This document shows, in pieces, positions 1-25,593 of a stretch of DNA of 64,000 bases. How positions within the stretch are numbered: the stretch's first letter is position 1; the number at the start of each line of letters is the position of its first letter. The stretch lies in the NCBI RefSeq assembly GCF_009914755.1, contig NC_060925.1. One strand, written 5' to 3'. A model generated the notes under the pieces. That model was not told the origin of the DNA. It worked only from the letters and a program-made list of their open reading frames with translations, and did no database searches. The position numbers were made by a program, and so were the translations under genes. The stretch is from the human T2T-CHM13v2.0 reference genome, Homo sapiens.

Positions 1-949
1 TCTGTCTTAAATATGGAGATAATAATTAGTTTACAATTGATTATGTTTTGTTTATTTATTTTTTTCTTTAGACAGGGTCTCGCTCTGCTACCCAGGCTGC
101 AGTGGCATGCATGACTTTAGCTCACTGCAATCTCTGCCTCCCAGGCTCAAGCAATACTCCTACCTCTGCCTCCTGGGTAGCAGGCACTACAGGCAAACAC
201 CACCATGCCTGGCTAAAATGGATTATGAAATACATAACTCAGGAAAGTTTGTTTTCTTTTTTTTTCTTTTTGAGACAGAGTCTCGCTCTGTTGCCTAGGC
301 TGGAGTGTAGTGGCTCACTGCAACCTCTGCCTCCCAGGTTCAAGTGATTCTCCTGCCTCAGCCTCCTCAGTAGCTGGGATTACAGACATGCATCACCATG
401 CCCAGCTAATTTTTGTATTTTTAGTAGAGACAGGGTTTCACCACGGTGGCCAGGCTGGTCTTGAACTCCCCACCTCAGGCGATCCACCCGCCTAAGCCTC
501 CCAAAATGTTGGGACTACAGGTATGAGCTACCATGCCCAACCAGGAAAAGTTTTCTAAAAGATGAGAGGCCAGGCGCAGTGGCTCACACCTGTAATCCCA
601 GTGCTTTAGGAAGCCAAAGCAGAAGGATAGCTTGAAGCCAGGAGTTTGAGACCAGCCCGGGCAACATAGCAAGACCCCATTTCTCTGCAAAAAAATTAAA
701 AATTAGCCAGGCATGGTGGTCTGCACTTGTAGTCCTAGCTACTTGGGAGGCAGAGGAGGGAGGATCACCTGTGCCCAGGAGTTCAAGGCAGCAGTGATCA
801 TGCCTATGATCATGCCATGCCACTGCACTCCAGCCTGGGCAAGACAGTGAGACCCTGTCTCTTAAAAAACAAGCAAAAAAAAAAAAGACGAACATATAAC
901 AATGGAGAGGAATTGATTATGGAATCATAACCTGTCTTGGTCCTAGAGC

Positions 950-6660
<5,711 letters not shown>

Positions 6661-6759
6661 AAACAACAAACAAAACTATCTTGTCAGTGACTTCTGCCAG
6701 AAAGATCGATCTAAGATTGTGAGTACTAGGGTAGGGTTCTTCTCTAAATAAAAATAAAA

Positions 6760-6814
6760 AAAGAAAGAAAGAAAAGAAGAAAGAGAGAGAAAGAAAGAAA
6801 GAGAAAAGAAAACA

Positions 6815-6850
<36 letters not shown>

Positions 6851-6865
6851 GAAAAGAAAGAAAAC
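6760..6865. repeat. (GAAA)n / GA-rich simple repeat
   Basis: Read directly from the sequence. Confidence 0.95.
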
Positions 6866-7442
6866 CAAAATAAGACTGCCAAAGAAAACCTAAGGATAAA
6901 TTCATATATTTGATTAAATCACAGTCCCTTACCTGTGGTTTTCCTCCCTTTATTTGAGAAGTGAAACCATGTATTTCCACATTGCAGGGAGCCAATCTCT
7001 CCTGAAGAGCCCATCAACTCAGAATATAGAAGCAGGCTGTGTGTGCCAGTATTAGCAGTTATAATCAAATGAGCACAGGGCCAACAGAGCAGTTTCAATA
7101 CAGCTGGTTCTTAGCCCTCTAGGTGGACTTTGGGAGTTGACAAGGACTCCATGAGAACCACCTTGATGCAAGGAAAACATTTTAAAACTGATTGATTTTG
7201 ATCTAAAGATTGTTCTCTGTTATATCTCTGCCTGCCTTGTTCCCCCAGGAAAGAACACATTGAGACAACCCTCGCTTGATAAAAAATGACTCCACTTGAT
7301 TGATCATCTTCAAACAAAAAATGGGCCCTTTCCACTTAAGATGCAATGAAGCCACTAACTGCTTTCTGCTAATTAAAAATACAGCATGTCTAGCACCTAA
7401 ACATTTAGCAAAAAGTTGAAATCTTGATTAGGAAAAGGATGA

Positions 7443-7568
<126 letters not shown>

Positions 7569-7849
7569 TAGGTGCCCACCACCACACCTGGCTTATTTTT
7601 GTATTTTTAGTAGAGACAGGGTTTCACCATGTTGGCCAGGCTGGTCTCGAACTTGACCTCAGGTGACCCACCTGCCTTGGCCTCGCAAAGTGCTGGGATT
7701 ACTGGTGTGAGCCACCACACCCGGCCAAGAAACATATTTTAAAAAGTAAAAGATGTATATAGGGTCTTTGCTGTTTAGAGATAAAATCAAGTGACAAATG
7801 TTTTCAAGAAAGCAGTTGCTAAAAGTAGCTACTCAGAGACAATCTGTAG

Positions 7850-8065
7850 CCTTAATAAGAGCATGGACTTTAAAGCCAGATCGCCTGAACGTGAATCTTT
7901 AATCCTGCATTTACTATCCGTGTAAATAAGTTAACTGTGTTTCACTCAGTTCTGTCATCTATAAAATGCAGGATCTTCTAGTCAGAGTTTGCTGTGAGAA
8001 TGTAAAGCAGTTACAATAGTGCTTGACACGTGATAAAAGCTATGTTCACATTGGCTATTACTATT
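7850..8065 (+). mobile_element. MIR remnant
   Basis: taagagcatggactttaaagccaga...ctcagttctgtcatctataaaatg...tgtaaagcagttacaatagtgcttgacac. Confidence 0.65.
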
Positions 8066-8117
8066 ATCCCATATCCATTTCTATTTTGCCCATTCAAGAA
8101 CAATACAATTAATCCAT

Positions 8118-8456
<339 letters not shown>

Positions 8457-8541
8457 TTAGATACTTCAGTATTCAAGCTGTTCATTAAACTAACGAGGGT
8501 AAGAAAGAAAACCGGGTAGTATCGTCTAATGCTAGATTTTA

Positions 8542-9030
<489 letters not shown>

Positions 9031-9723
9031 TCAGCACTTTCCAATACCACTTGTGAGCCACCTTAATTCGACAGGTACAGCTCAAATACCAAGCCCATCC
9101 CCAAAGGCTTTTGATTACATTTTTTCTCTTCACTGAAAACCAGAGTGGCAGCCAAGTTCTGGTATAATCGTAAACCAGAAAACTTGTTCTCCAACAATTC
9201 TTCTAACTCAAGGATCTGACTGACCGACAGCAAAGGGAAGAGCAACTAGCCTCCTTGGCCAGTAACAATGATCTAAGACCTCAAATTTTGAAGGAAAAAC
9301 TAACTCTGGGTCTTGCAAAAAGTAATAACATTCTGAGAATATGGGTTAAGAAATAACCGTTTTTCGACCAGGCATGGTGGCTCAAACCTGTAATCCCAGC
9401 ACTTTGGGAGACCGAGGCGGGCAGATCACCTGAAGTTGGGAGTTTGAGACCAGCCTGACAAACATGGAGAAACCCCGTCTCTACTAAAAATTGAAAATTA
9501 GCTGGGCATGGTGGCACATGCCTGTAATCCCAGCTACTCGGGAGGCTGAGGCAGGAGAATCACTTGAACCTGGGAGGCAGAGTTGCAGTGAGCCGAGATC
9601 ATGCCACTGCACTCCAGCCTGGGCAACAAGAGCAAACCTCCATCTCAAAAAAAAAAAAAAAAAAAGAAAGAAAGAAAAGAAAGAACAGTTTTTCTAAACT
9701 TTTATGCAAGACGATTCACTTAA

Positions 9724-9930
9724 CCTTTTTCCTGTTTGCCCGGAGAATACTTGCCAGCGGTGCCTGCAACTGCGGTGTTTACCCCGAGATAACTTTGCCA
9801 CAAAATATCTCTTTTGTTACTGTTTTCACATTGCTCTAGTACATCAACTTTAGAAACAAAAGACATCATTCTATTTATAGCATTCTGTTTTTAATAGTGG
9901 TTATTTCCACTTACAAAATATAGTAGTTCT
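9724..9930 (+). mobile_element. MER75 (piggyBac-derived non-autonomous DNA transposon), 5' portion
   Basis: Starts immediately after TTAA (9720-9723) with CCTTTTTCCTGTTTGCCCGGAGAATACT...TTTACCCCGAGATAACTTTGCCAC, matching my recall of the MER75 terminus. Truncated at an Alu. Confidence 0.8.
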
Positions 9931-9999
9931 TGGTTGGGTGCAGTGGCTCACACCTGTAGTCCCAGCACTTTGGGATTCTGAGGCCGGCAGATCACCTTA

Positions 10000-10206
<207 letters not shown>

Positions 10207-10423
10207 TCAAAAAAAAAAAAAAAAAAAAAAAGATAGTAAATGTTCCAAGAATAGACTTCACTTGCTAAAATACCAAATACAAGGCAGTATTTACAATAGA
10301 AAATATGAATCATTAAGAGATCCAGGCAGTAAAAAACTAGAACAACATGAATGTCTATCAACAACAGAGCAAATAAATTGTGGTACATTCGCCATGAAAT
10401 ATAGAGCAAAGAACCACAGGTTA

Positions 10424-10887
<464 letters not shown>

Positions 10888-11667
10888 TCAACAAACAAAC
10901 AAACAAACAAACAAACAAAAATCCAAAACTTAGCCAGGCTTGGTGATGCATGTGCCTGTAATCCCAGTTACTTGGGAGGATGAGGCAGGAGAATCACTTG
11001 AACCTGGGATGCAGAGGTTGCAGTTAGCCAAGACTGGCCACTGCACTCCAGCCTAGACAATACAGCAAGACTCCATCTCAAACAAGCAAACAAACAAACA
11101 AACAAACAGAAGACAGAAGAATGGGCAGGCACAGTGGCTCATGCCTATAATCCCAACACTTTAGTAAGCCAAAACAGGAGGATCATTTGAGGTCAGGAAT
11201 TTGAGACCAGCCTGGGCAACAAAGTGAGACACCATCTCTACAAAAAAATAATTAACCGGGTGTGCTGGCACACATCTGTGGTCCCAGCTACCCAGGAGGC
11301 CGAGCAGGAGGATCACTTGAGCCCAAGAGTTTGAGGCTACAGGAAGCCATGACCACACCACTGGACTCCAGCCTGGGCAACCGAGTTAGACCATGTCTCG
11401 AAGAAAAAAAAAAAAAGAAGAAGAAGAATATATACTATACGATTACAATTATATCAAGTTCAAAACGAGGCAAAATTTATGCTGTTACAAGTGAGGTATC
11501 TGAGGTACTAGTAAAGTTCTGTTTCCTGATTGGGTACTGGTTACACAGATGTTTTTTGTTTGTAAAAAATTTACTGAGCTGAATACTCACGCACTTCTCT
11601 AAAGTTTGTCAAAATACTGGCCGGGTGCAGTGGCTCATGCTGTAATCCCAGAACTTTGGGAGGCCTA

Positions 11668-12005
<338 letters not shown>

Positions 12006-12131
12006 CTAAATTTTCTACAAAGAAAGCATACACATAGAGGCAGGCATCTCATTTATACTCCTATGACATTATACACAAAGTCTGAGGTAAAACCAGTAAA
12101 ATGAAGGAAATAGGGTGTTTTATGTAAGAAC

Positions 12132-12470
12132 TGTGTTGCAGATTAGATTCTCCAGGAAGCAGATGCTAGACAGAATTCAGAATGGAAAAAGTTTAATGGG
12201 AAGTAACTTCTGGAAGAAGTGCAGAAGCAGCAGGATTGGGCAAGAGGAGCCATCAGACCACAACGCAGACCTGACAAAGCCTGTCCAACAGAGAGCTCGG
12301 GAGCAAAGACGGCCACTCAGGGGAATCTAGTACTGGGCAGAAAGGGCAAGGCTCTAAATCACTGCTTCGCTCAACCACTGGCAGAAGGCTCCAAAGCTGA
12401 GGCAGACCCTAAAGGAGCTAACAGCTTCAGCCAGCCTCCTTACAGATGGACAGTAAGTCCTTTTGAAGGG
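12132..12470 (-). mobile_element. LTR16-family (ERVL) LTR remnant
   Basis: ccaggaagcaga...gcaggattgggc...gagctcgggagc...gctgaggcagaccctaaaggagctaacagc resembles reverse-strand LTR16A/B. Confidence 0.6.
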
Positions 12471-13175
12471 ATAATTTTATTATTTTTTAATACATTTATT
12501 TCTCTTGCTCCACACACTCTACCCAGACCATTTACTATGCCACCCCACTTTACAAATTTCCAGCATTCCCTCTAGCACTGACGAAAGGAAGAATAAGAAG
12601 GGTCTTCCCAAAATTGGGAAAAGCTGGATTTGGCGGGGGGTGGGGAAGGAAACGAAGAGTAATCTCGAAATATACTTTGGGGCTTTGAGAAAGATCTGAA
12701 ATGTTCCAAAAAGTGACAGACCGGGGAGAGCAGAGAACAGAAACCTCCTACCTCATCTCTACCACTGCAGTAATTCATGCACTAATTATGTGTAACATCT
12801 TTTAAAACTGGAAGAATCACATTAAGGAAAATGAAAACATGAACTCATAAAATTGCTTCCCAGATAATTTATCTACCAAACTGGCTGAAAGCTTATGATA
12901 CTACAAATGTTTCCTAGCAAAGTGGCTATTAGAATCTTAGTGATAATCAGCAAATTGGTGGCTACTTGGAAGGACTGGAGTGGCTTAAGTCCACCTGGTG
13001 GTATGGGGGAAAGGCACTGACAGTGAGAAAGGAGCAATTCCCTTCATTCCCCAAAAGCAGAGAAGAGTATTATAATGGGTTTCCTGAAAACTGTATTAGA
13101 AAAAGGATCCTAGGCCAGGTGTGGTGGCTCACGCCTGTAATCCCAGCACTTTGGGAAGCTTAGGCAGGCGGATCA

Positions 13176-13472
<297 letters not shown>

Positions 13473-13543
13473 TCAACATGACTGACTCGCTAGAGGGAGG
13501 CCTTTCAAACAACAGAGACCTCCATTTCCAGCCCAAATTCCTA

Positions 13544-13877
<334 letters not shown>

Positions 13878-14007
13878 TTATTACTGGAAAAAATATCACT
13901 TCCCATAGTCCCTCTTACTTGTTCCCTTATATATTATCATTTCCTACTGGCTAACTTCACTGATTTATTAACTTTCATATATATTTTTTGTTTTATTATT
14001 TTTTTGA

Positions 14008-14115
<108 letters not shown>

Positions 14116-15858
14116 TAGCTGGCGCACATCACTATGCCCAGCTAATTTTTTTTTTTTTTTGAGATGGGAGTCTCGCTCTGTGCCCCAGACTGGAGTGCAG
14201 TGGCATGATCAAATTTTTGTATTTTTGGTAGAAACAGGGTTTCACCATGTTAGCCAGGCTGGTCTCAAACTCCCGACCTCAAGTAATCCACCGTGCCCAG
14301 CCTAACTTTCTTATATTTTTAACCTCCACTCAGCTCTAAATTCACCAAGGAAAAGAGCCCAAAGAAATGGATTCCTTGACTTTGGCTGCATGGTTGACAT
14401 TTAAATTAAATAGTTGCTCCCTTGCACAACATTTTGACAGACTATAAGCCTAAGGTCTGTTGCAGAACAAAATGAATCAATGGAGGCTGCAAAAGTTTAT
14501 TTACATTACTATTTTTCCCAATCAGAATAAATTTGATTCAATAAAACAACTCATTCTCTTTCCAAATTGTCTTAAAATACAATAGCAAGCCAACATAAAG
14601 AGACTCATACTGCTGTAATAGCCAATGTCAAGCAATTTCCACCATTCAACTGTTACACCCTCCACAAAAACATCAAACCCCATACCTTTGAGGGCATGTT
14701 TGCTAACTTGGCCCTAGCCACAGATGCCAAGGAGAACACACATGGGTGAGCTCAGATGCAATTCCTCTGTAATTACATGCCCAACACCAATTTGCATAGC
14801 CCTTCTTTTTCACTTCCATGATTAGGTAATAAAATCATCACTCATATTCCCCCAAGGATATAGAGGCATTTTGAAACTCTGAGTTTTTCTTGTTTTCATG
14901 CCAAAAGAAGCCCTACAAACTTTTCACACGTAAGCATACTAACTCAATGAATGTAATTTTCATGAAACTGTTTAAAAGAAGTCCTTCTCACCCTTCACAT
15001 TTGTGTTACACCTTCTCAGCTTCCCCAACGTGACTGAATGAATGTACTGGAATCTGAACTCCCTGGAGGCAGGACCATTGGCCTAGGCATCTTTGTCTTC
15101 TTAGTACTAGGCATTCAAATGAGTGTAAGGTTTATTGACATGTCTACTCAGAACACCTTTGTGCTGAGCTCGCAAGGGTTTTTTTTTTTTTTTAAAGATA
15201 GGGTTCTGCTCTGTCGCCCAGGCTAGAGTGCAGTGGCACAATTATAGTTCACTGCAGCCTTGAACTCCTAGGCTCAAGTGATCCTCCTGTCCCAATGTTC
15301 CAAAGTGCTGGGAATACAGGTATAAGTCACTGTGCCCAGTAGTTATTTTATAATAGAAATTACATCATTAGGCCAGGCGTGGTGGCTCACGCCTGTAATC
15401 CCAGCAATTTGGGAGTCCGAGGTGGGTGGATCACCTGAGGACGGGAGCTCAAGACCAGCCTAGCCAACATGGCGAAACCCTGTCTCTACTAAAAACACCA
15501 AAAATTAGTCAGGCGTGGTGGCAGGCGCCTGTAATCCCAGCTACCTGGGACATGTAAAAAAAATTACATCATTAGTATATCCAGAAAATGGTAGATCCTA
15601 CCTTTATATGTTACTAGATGTTGTCAAAATATTTTATTGGTCAGAATTAATACAAATCTCTGGTTTATGGAATTTTGTACCTTTTAAGGTATATATACTG
15701 GCCTGAGAGTCTGCTGCCAGAGAGGAAACTATTTATTTGGCCCAGTAGTATCTTTTTCTTCCGAAAAACTACTATACTAGGCCAGGCGTGATGGCTCACA
15801 CCTGTAATCCCAGCACTTTGGGAGGCTGAGGTGGGTGGATCATGAGGTCAGGAGTTCA

Positions 15859-16083
<225 letters not shown>

Positions 16084-16550
16084 CTAAAAAAAAAACTATG
16101 CTACATATAACTAAACACAAATCAGTTTCTAAAGTCTGAATGCCTTACCCTTCTGAGGTATAAATTAAGGTTAAGATTTTGAGACTGGAAGATGTGGCCA
16201 CTGTTTCTAGCTTTAATGCTGTGAAACCTAGCATAAGTCACACAGAGTAAGAAACAAAAACCTCCCTAAGTAATGAAAGTTCCCCACTTACTTCAGGAAG
16301 ATTTTGTAAAGATAGTAGATATCAAGAAACTACTCTGAATTCATTGGAGAAAATCCGTAACCTAGAAAGAATCAACTCAAAAGAATTTCAACATGGGAAT
16401 GAAACTGCTATGCATTTAAAAGCCATTGCCAGATTTGAGGGCAATATTTGATTAGTTTTTTGCCTTTGGTTTCTATTCAACTAGACATCTGACAATCCTC
16501 TTGTGGTAAACACATCTTTATTAAAGTTGGAATACACTTCATTTACCTAA

Positions 16551-16943
<393 letters not shown>

Positions 16944-16979
16944 TTACTGATAGATAATAAAATAAAGGACTGAGACCTA

Positions 16980-17108
<129 letters not shown>

Positions 17109-17114
17109 CTACTA

Positions 17115-17276
<162 letters not shown>

Positions 17277-18415
17277 TCAAAAAAAAAAAAAAAAAAAAAG
17301 AATAAGGGACAAGAAGGAGGAGCAGAGAAAAATAAAAAGAAGAAGGGACTGGACTGAATGGAGGAACCCACAGTCATCCCACAGCATGAGGGCTTCTGAG
17401 GCTTTAGGGACAAAGCAGCAACCCTGAACAGATGTCATTATGAACTCATAAAGTGAACCACTTCAGCAGCACTAATGTAGGCTAAGTACTAAATGCTACT
17501 CTTGAAAATATACTGTTGAATGAGAGATTTAAAGAAGATCATAAAGTGATTCAATCTAAGACAATAAGCCTTCTTATGAATATACCACGGTTATCATTTT
17601 ATCAACTCAAAAGTTATAGAAAGTAGAAAAAGGATAAAATAAAAAATTCTACCTTACTCCGTGCATTCAACAAATATCAATGAAACATTTGCTATATGTA
17701 AAAATACCGTGCTTATTGCAAGCTTGACTGCTATCAAATATTAAAAACACAAAAAGAAAAAATATATTATGCTTAGATCCCACACAGGGTACAAAAAGAA
17801 GATATGTCACTATTTGCTGTCAAACAGATGGACCCACTAAGGGCCAAGGACACATAAATTAATAATACCAACACAGAACATTATATAATAAATGACCTAT
17901 GAGACAAAACAAGAAGCCTTAACAGTTCAAGAAAGAAAGAGATGGCTTCTAACTAGTATAAGGAAGGTTCACAGACAAGCATTTCAGCTGAGCTCTAAAG
18001 ACTAGGTAGAAGCCAAGTGTGGTGACTCATGCCTGTAATCCAAGCACTTTGGGAAGCCAAAGCAGGCAGAAAACTTGAGTCCAGGAATTTGAGACCAGCC
18101 TGGGCAACATGACAAAACCCTTCTCTACAAAAAATACAAAAATTAGTTGGCCATGGTGGCGCACACCTGTAGTCCCAGCTACAGGGGGTCTGAGGTGCGA
18201 GCATCGCTTGAGCCCAGGAGTTAGATGCTGCAGTGAGCCAAGATCGCGCAACTACACTCTAGCCTGGGTGACACAGCAAGACTCCGTTTCAAAAAATCAA
18301 AAAACAACAACAAAAATAAAGAAGAGGTAGAATTTCAGAGAATAAAATTGGGGAAGGTGAAGGGATTAAACATTGTCAAATTATTGTAACTTAAACTGAT
18401 ATCCTTTGCCACTTA

Positions 18416-18757
<342 letters not shown>

Positions 18758-19466
18758 CTAAACTAAAAAACACATTTTTTACCCAATTGTTTTTAAGTAC
18801 ACAGTTTAATATTTTAAATTCTACATTAACGAAGCATATAATCTAGAGACTCCTTATTATTGACAGTCTATGTTTTGACCAAAAAAAAAGCCTAGAAATA
18901 GAATAATTTGGCATAACCATTGTTGCTATTAGCAAACTGTGAGCTATTATGACAAATTCAGGAAGCTATTTTATAAAGCATACCAAATTTCATAACAGAT
19001 ACCAGCTGCAGTTTTTAAAAATGGTGAACTCATTAGTGTGCTACCCAATTAAGATTCCCTTAATAAAACAGAAAAAATTTAAAAATGGAAAAATAAAGTA
19101 TTCCACAAACTACCCATCAATATACTTTCTTTTTTTTGTTGTTTTGTTTTTGAGAGAGTCTGGCTTTGTCACCTAGGCTGGAGTGCAGTGAACTCACTTG
19201 AGCGATTCTCCTACCTCAGCCTCCAGAGTAGCTGGGATTATAGGCATGCGTCACCACGCCCAACTAATTTTTGTATTTTTAGTAAAGACAGGGTTTCACC
19301 ATGCTGGCCAGGCTGGTCTCAAACTCCTGACCTCAGGTGATCTGCCCACCTCGGTCTCCTAGAGTGCTGGGATTACAGGCGTGAGCCACCACACCTGGCC
19401 GAAAATTTCATATGGAGAACCATACGTTTTAAATTCAGCAAAATGCTTTATTTGGTAGAAAGGTAA

Positions 19467-19878
<412 letters not shown>

Positions 19879-21619
19879 TAATACAACTACTCGAGTTTTA
19901 AAATTTCTTCTTGAGGCCAGGTGCAGTAGTTCATGCCTGTAATCCCAGCACTTTGGGAGGCCAAGGCAAGTGGATCACTTGAGTTCAGGAGTTCAAGACC
20001 AGCCTGGGCAACATGGTCAAACTCCATCTCTACAAAAAATACAAAAATTAGTGGGGTGTGGTGGTGCACACTTGTAGTCTCAGCTACTCAGGAGGCCGAA
20101 GTGGGAGGATCACTTGAGCCCAGGAGGTAGAGGTTGCAGTGAGCCAAGATCACACCACTGTATTGCAACCTGGGCAACAGAACCAAACCCTGTCTCAAAA
20201 AAAAAAAAAAAAGAAAAAAATTATTCTTGAGTTAATTCTGATAGGTGATGTTTTTTCTAGGATTTATAAGTCATCTAAAACACGTAAGCCAGAATCAACT
20301 ACACCTTTCATTACTCACATAATTTAAACAAACAACTAATAAAACATGGAGATGAGCTACATAAATGTCATCTAAGTAATGGCTAAAGGCCCTTAAACAA
20401 GATAGGTCTGCTCTGAAAACATTCAGTTTACTATGAACCATTTAATCTTCCTAATCCCAAAAGGTGTCAACCAGGAAGCCTGCTCACTTACACAGCACCA
20501 TCTCTCTCTCACCATCTCTCTCTATGACCCACTTCTAAATGTCATTTTAACTTCCTTTTTTCCCCATTAGAGTGTACACTACTTGAGAGCAGAGACTAAG
20601 CCATATTATCTTTGTACATCTGGCACATTAGTAGACACCTTAACAATATCGGTACTTTTTTGATGAAGATCATAAAGTACCTTACTGACGAGGGATGTTA
20701 ATGACTCACTTACGGTTGCAAAGTATACTCTTGAGGTGTTCAGTGTTGAAAGACTTCACTGAACCGTACTTTCACATGGCCTTGCTTATGACCAAAAGCA
20801 CAAAGCCATCTGTAAGACAGTTCATCTTAGTTGGGAGTAGAGCATAAAATGTATTTTTCTTCACTGACGAATTAACTGAAATAAAAACAAATCTTAAGCA
20901 AAGGCATAATTACACTTTTATGTAAATGTGCAATACTGTCAGAAGCCTAGCTGAAAAACCAAAAAGTAAAACAAAACAAAAATGCTAACTTTTAATCGTG
21001 GTAAGTCCCAGAAGAAAAACATTAAAAGGAGTTCAAAATTAGAAAGATAAATAGATTCAGAGTTAAAGATAGAGCCTAAACTATTTTGCCCAAACCATTC
21101 AATTCTTTAAAGCATTTTAAAATCCAAGTAACACAGAAAAGTGACCATCCTAAGAGTAGAGCTTGATGAATTACTGCAAAGTAAACACAATCTCATTTAT
21201 TTTAAGATGGGAAAGTTTTTGTTTTGTTTTTTAAGACGGAGTCTCGCTCTGTTGCCCAGGCTGGAGTGCAATGGTGCAATCTCTGCTCACTGCAACCTCT
21301 GCCTCCAGGTTCAAGCGATTCTCTCACCTCTGCCTCCCAAGTAGCTGGGACTACAGGCACACACCACCACACCCAGCTAATTTTCGTATTTTAGTAGAGA
21401 CTGGGTTTCACCATGTTGGCCAGGCTGGTCTCAAACTCCTGACCTCAAGTGATCCGCCCACCTTGGTCTCCCAAAGTGCTGGGATTACGTGTGTGACCCA
21501 CTTTGCCCAGCCAGGACAGTCTGAAACAATCAAAATGATAGACATATCCAAGTCACGCAGCTTATACTGACAAGTGCCACTGTGAGAAATTCCAAGGTTT
21601 TCTATAAAACTGGTAAGAC

Positions 21620-23570
<1,951 letters not shown>

Positions 23571-24935
23571 CTTGTCTCCACCTAGGTGAAGTTATTATAT
23601 TATTATCACACAATGTAGCTAGACACTAAGCTAGTTTTACAATGGACAGAAAGTAATTTCATTCCTGCATACCTTGGGCAAATAAAACTTTCTGTGTATC
23701 TATGTCAGAAAATTCATAATGGGGAAATGAAGATTAAAAAATTTAAAGTAGGCAGGGTGCAGGGGCTCATGCCTGTAATCCCAGCACTTTGAGACGCCAA
23801 GATGAGAGGATCACTTGAGCCCAGGAGTTCAAGACCAGCTGGGGCAACACAGACTAGGCCCTGTTTCCACAAAAAAAAATTTAAAAATTAGCTGGGTGTG
23901 GTGGCAGCTACTTGGGGGCTGGGGTGGAAGGATGGCTTGAGCCCAAGAGGTGGAGGCTGCAGGGAGCTATGGTCTTACCACTGCACTCCAGCCTGTGTGA
24001 CAGAGTGAGATCCTGTCCCCCACAAAAATTAATTTATTTGGCCAGGCACAGTGGTTCATACCTGTAATCCCAGCACTTTGGGAGGTTGAGGCAGGCAGAT
24101 CACAAGGTCAACAGATTGAGACCATCCTGGCCAACATGGTGAAACCCTGTCTCTACTAAAAATACAAAAATTGGCCAGGTGCGGTGGCTCACGCCTGTAA
24201 TCTCAGCACTTTGGGAGACCGAGGAGGTGAATCACCTGAGGTCAGGAGTTTGAGACCAGCCCGGCCAACACTGTGAAACCCCGTCTCTATTAAAGATACA
24301 AAAAATTAGCTGGGCATGGTGGTGGGCACCTGTAATCCCAGCTACTCAGGAGGCTGAGGCAGGAGAATCACTTTAACTCAAGAGGCGGAGGTTGCAGTGA
24401 GCCGAGATCCTGCCATTGCACTCCAGCCTGAGCAACAAGAGCAAGACTCTGTCTCAAAAATAAAATAAAATAAAAATACAAAAATTAGCTGGGCATGGTG
24501 GCGCGTGCCTGTAGTCCCAACTACTGGGGAGGCTGAGGCAGGAGAATCGCTTGAACCAGGAGGCGGAGGTTGCAGTGAGCCAAGACAGCGCCACTGTACT
24601 CTGGCCTAGTGACGGAGTGAAACTCCATCTCAAAAATAACAATAGGCTGGGCACGGTGGCTCACGCCTGTAATCCCAGCACTTTGGGAGGCCGAGGTGGG
24701 CGGATCACGAGGTCAGGAGTTCAAGACCATCCTGGCTAACACGGTGAAACCCCGTCTCTACTAAAAATACAAAAAATTAGCCGGGCATGGTGGCGGGCGC
24801 CTGTAGTCCCAGCTACTCAGGAGGCTGAGGCAGGAGAATGGCGTGAACCCGGGGGAGGCAGAGCTTGCAGTGAGCCGAGATCGTGCCACTGCACTCCAGC
24901 CTGGGCGACAGAGCGAGACTCTGTCTCAAAAAGAA

Positions 24936-24962
24936 AATAATAATAATAATAATAATAATAAT
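24936..24962. repeat. (AAT)n trinucleotide repeat at an AluY tail
   Basis: Read directly from the sequence. Confidence 0.93.
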
Positions 24963-25413
24963 TTAATTAAAAAGTAAAAACCGGCTTAGTGCGGTGGCTC
25001 ATGCCTGTAATCCCAGCAATTTGGGAGGCCAAGGTGGGTGGATCACCTGAGCTCAGGGGTTCGAGACCAGCCTGGCCAACATGGTGAAACCCTGTCTCTA
25101 CTAAAAATACAAAAATTAGCCCAGCCTGGTGGTGGGCACCTATAATCCCAGCTATTCAGAGGCTGAGGCAGGATTTTCACTTGAACTAGGGAGGCGGAGG
25201 TTTCAGTGAGCCGAGATCGCACTACTGGGCAACAGAGCAAGACTCAGTCTCAAAATAAATAAATAAATAAATAAATGCAGCCAGGCGCGGTGGCTCATGC
25301 CTGTAATCCCAGCACTTTGGGAGGCTGAGGCGCGCAGATCACCTGAGGTCAGGAGTTCGAGACCAGCCTGACCAACATGGAGAAACCCTGTCTCTACTAA
25401 AAATACAAAATTA

Positions 25414-25593
<180 letters not shown>

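Noticed and set aside
20650-20770. C/D-box snoRNA-like arrangement (TGATGA at 20661, CTGA at 20685 and 20759)
   Set aside because: On the strand antisense to the host transcript, the terminal stem is poorly positioned, and I recognised no rRNA-complementary guide.
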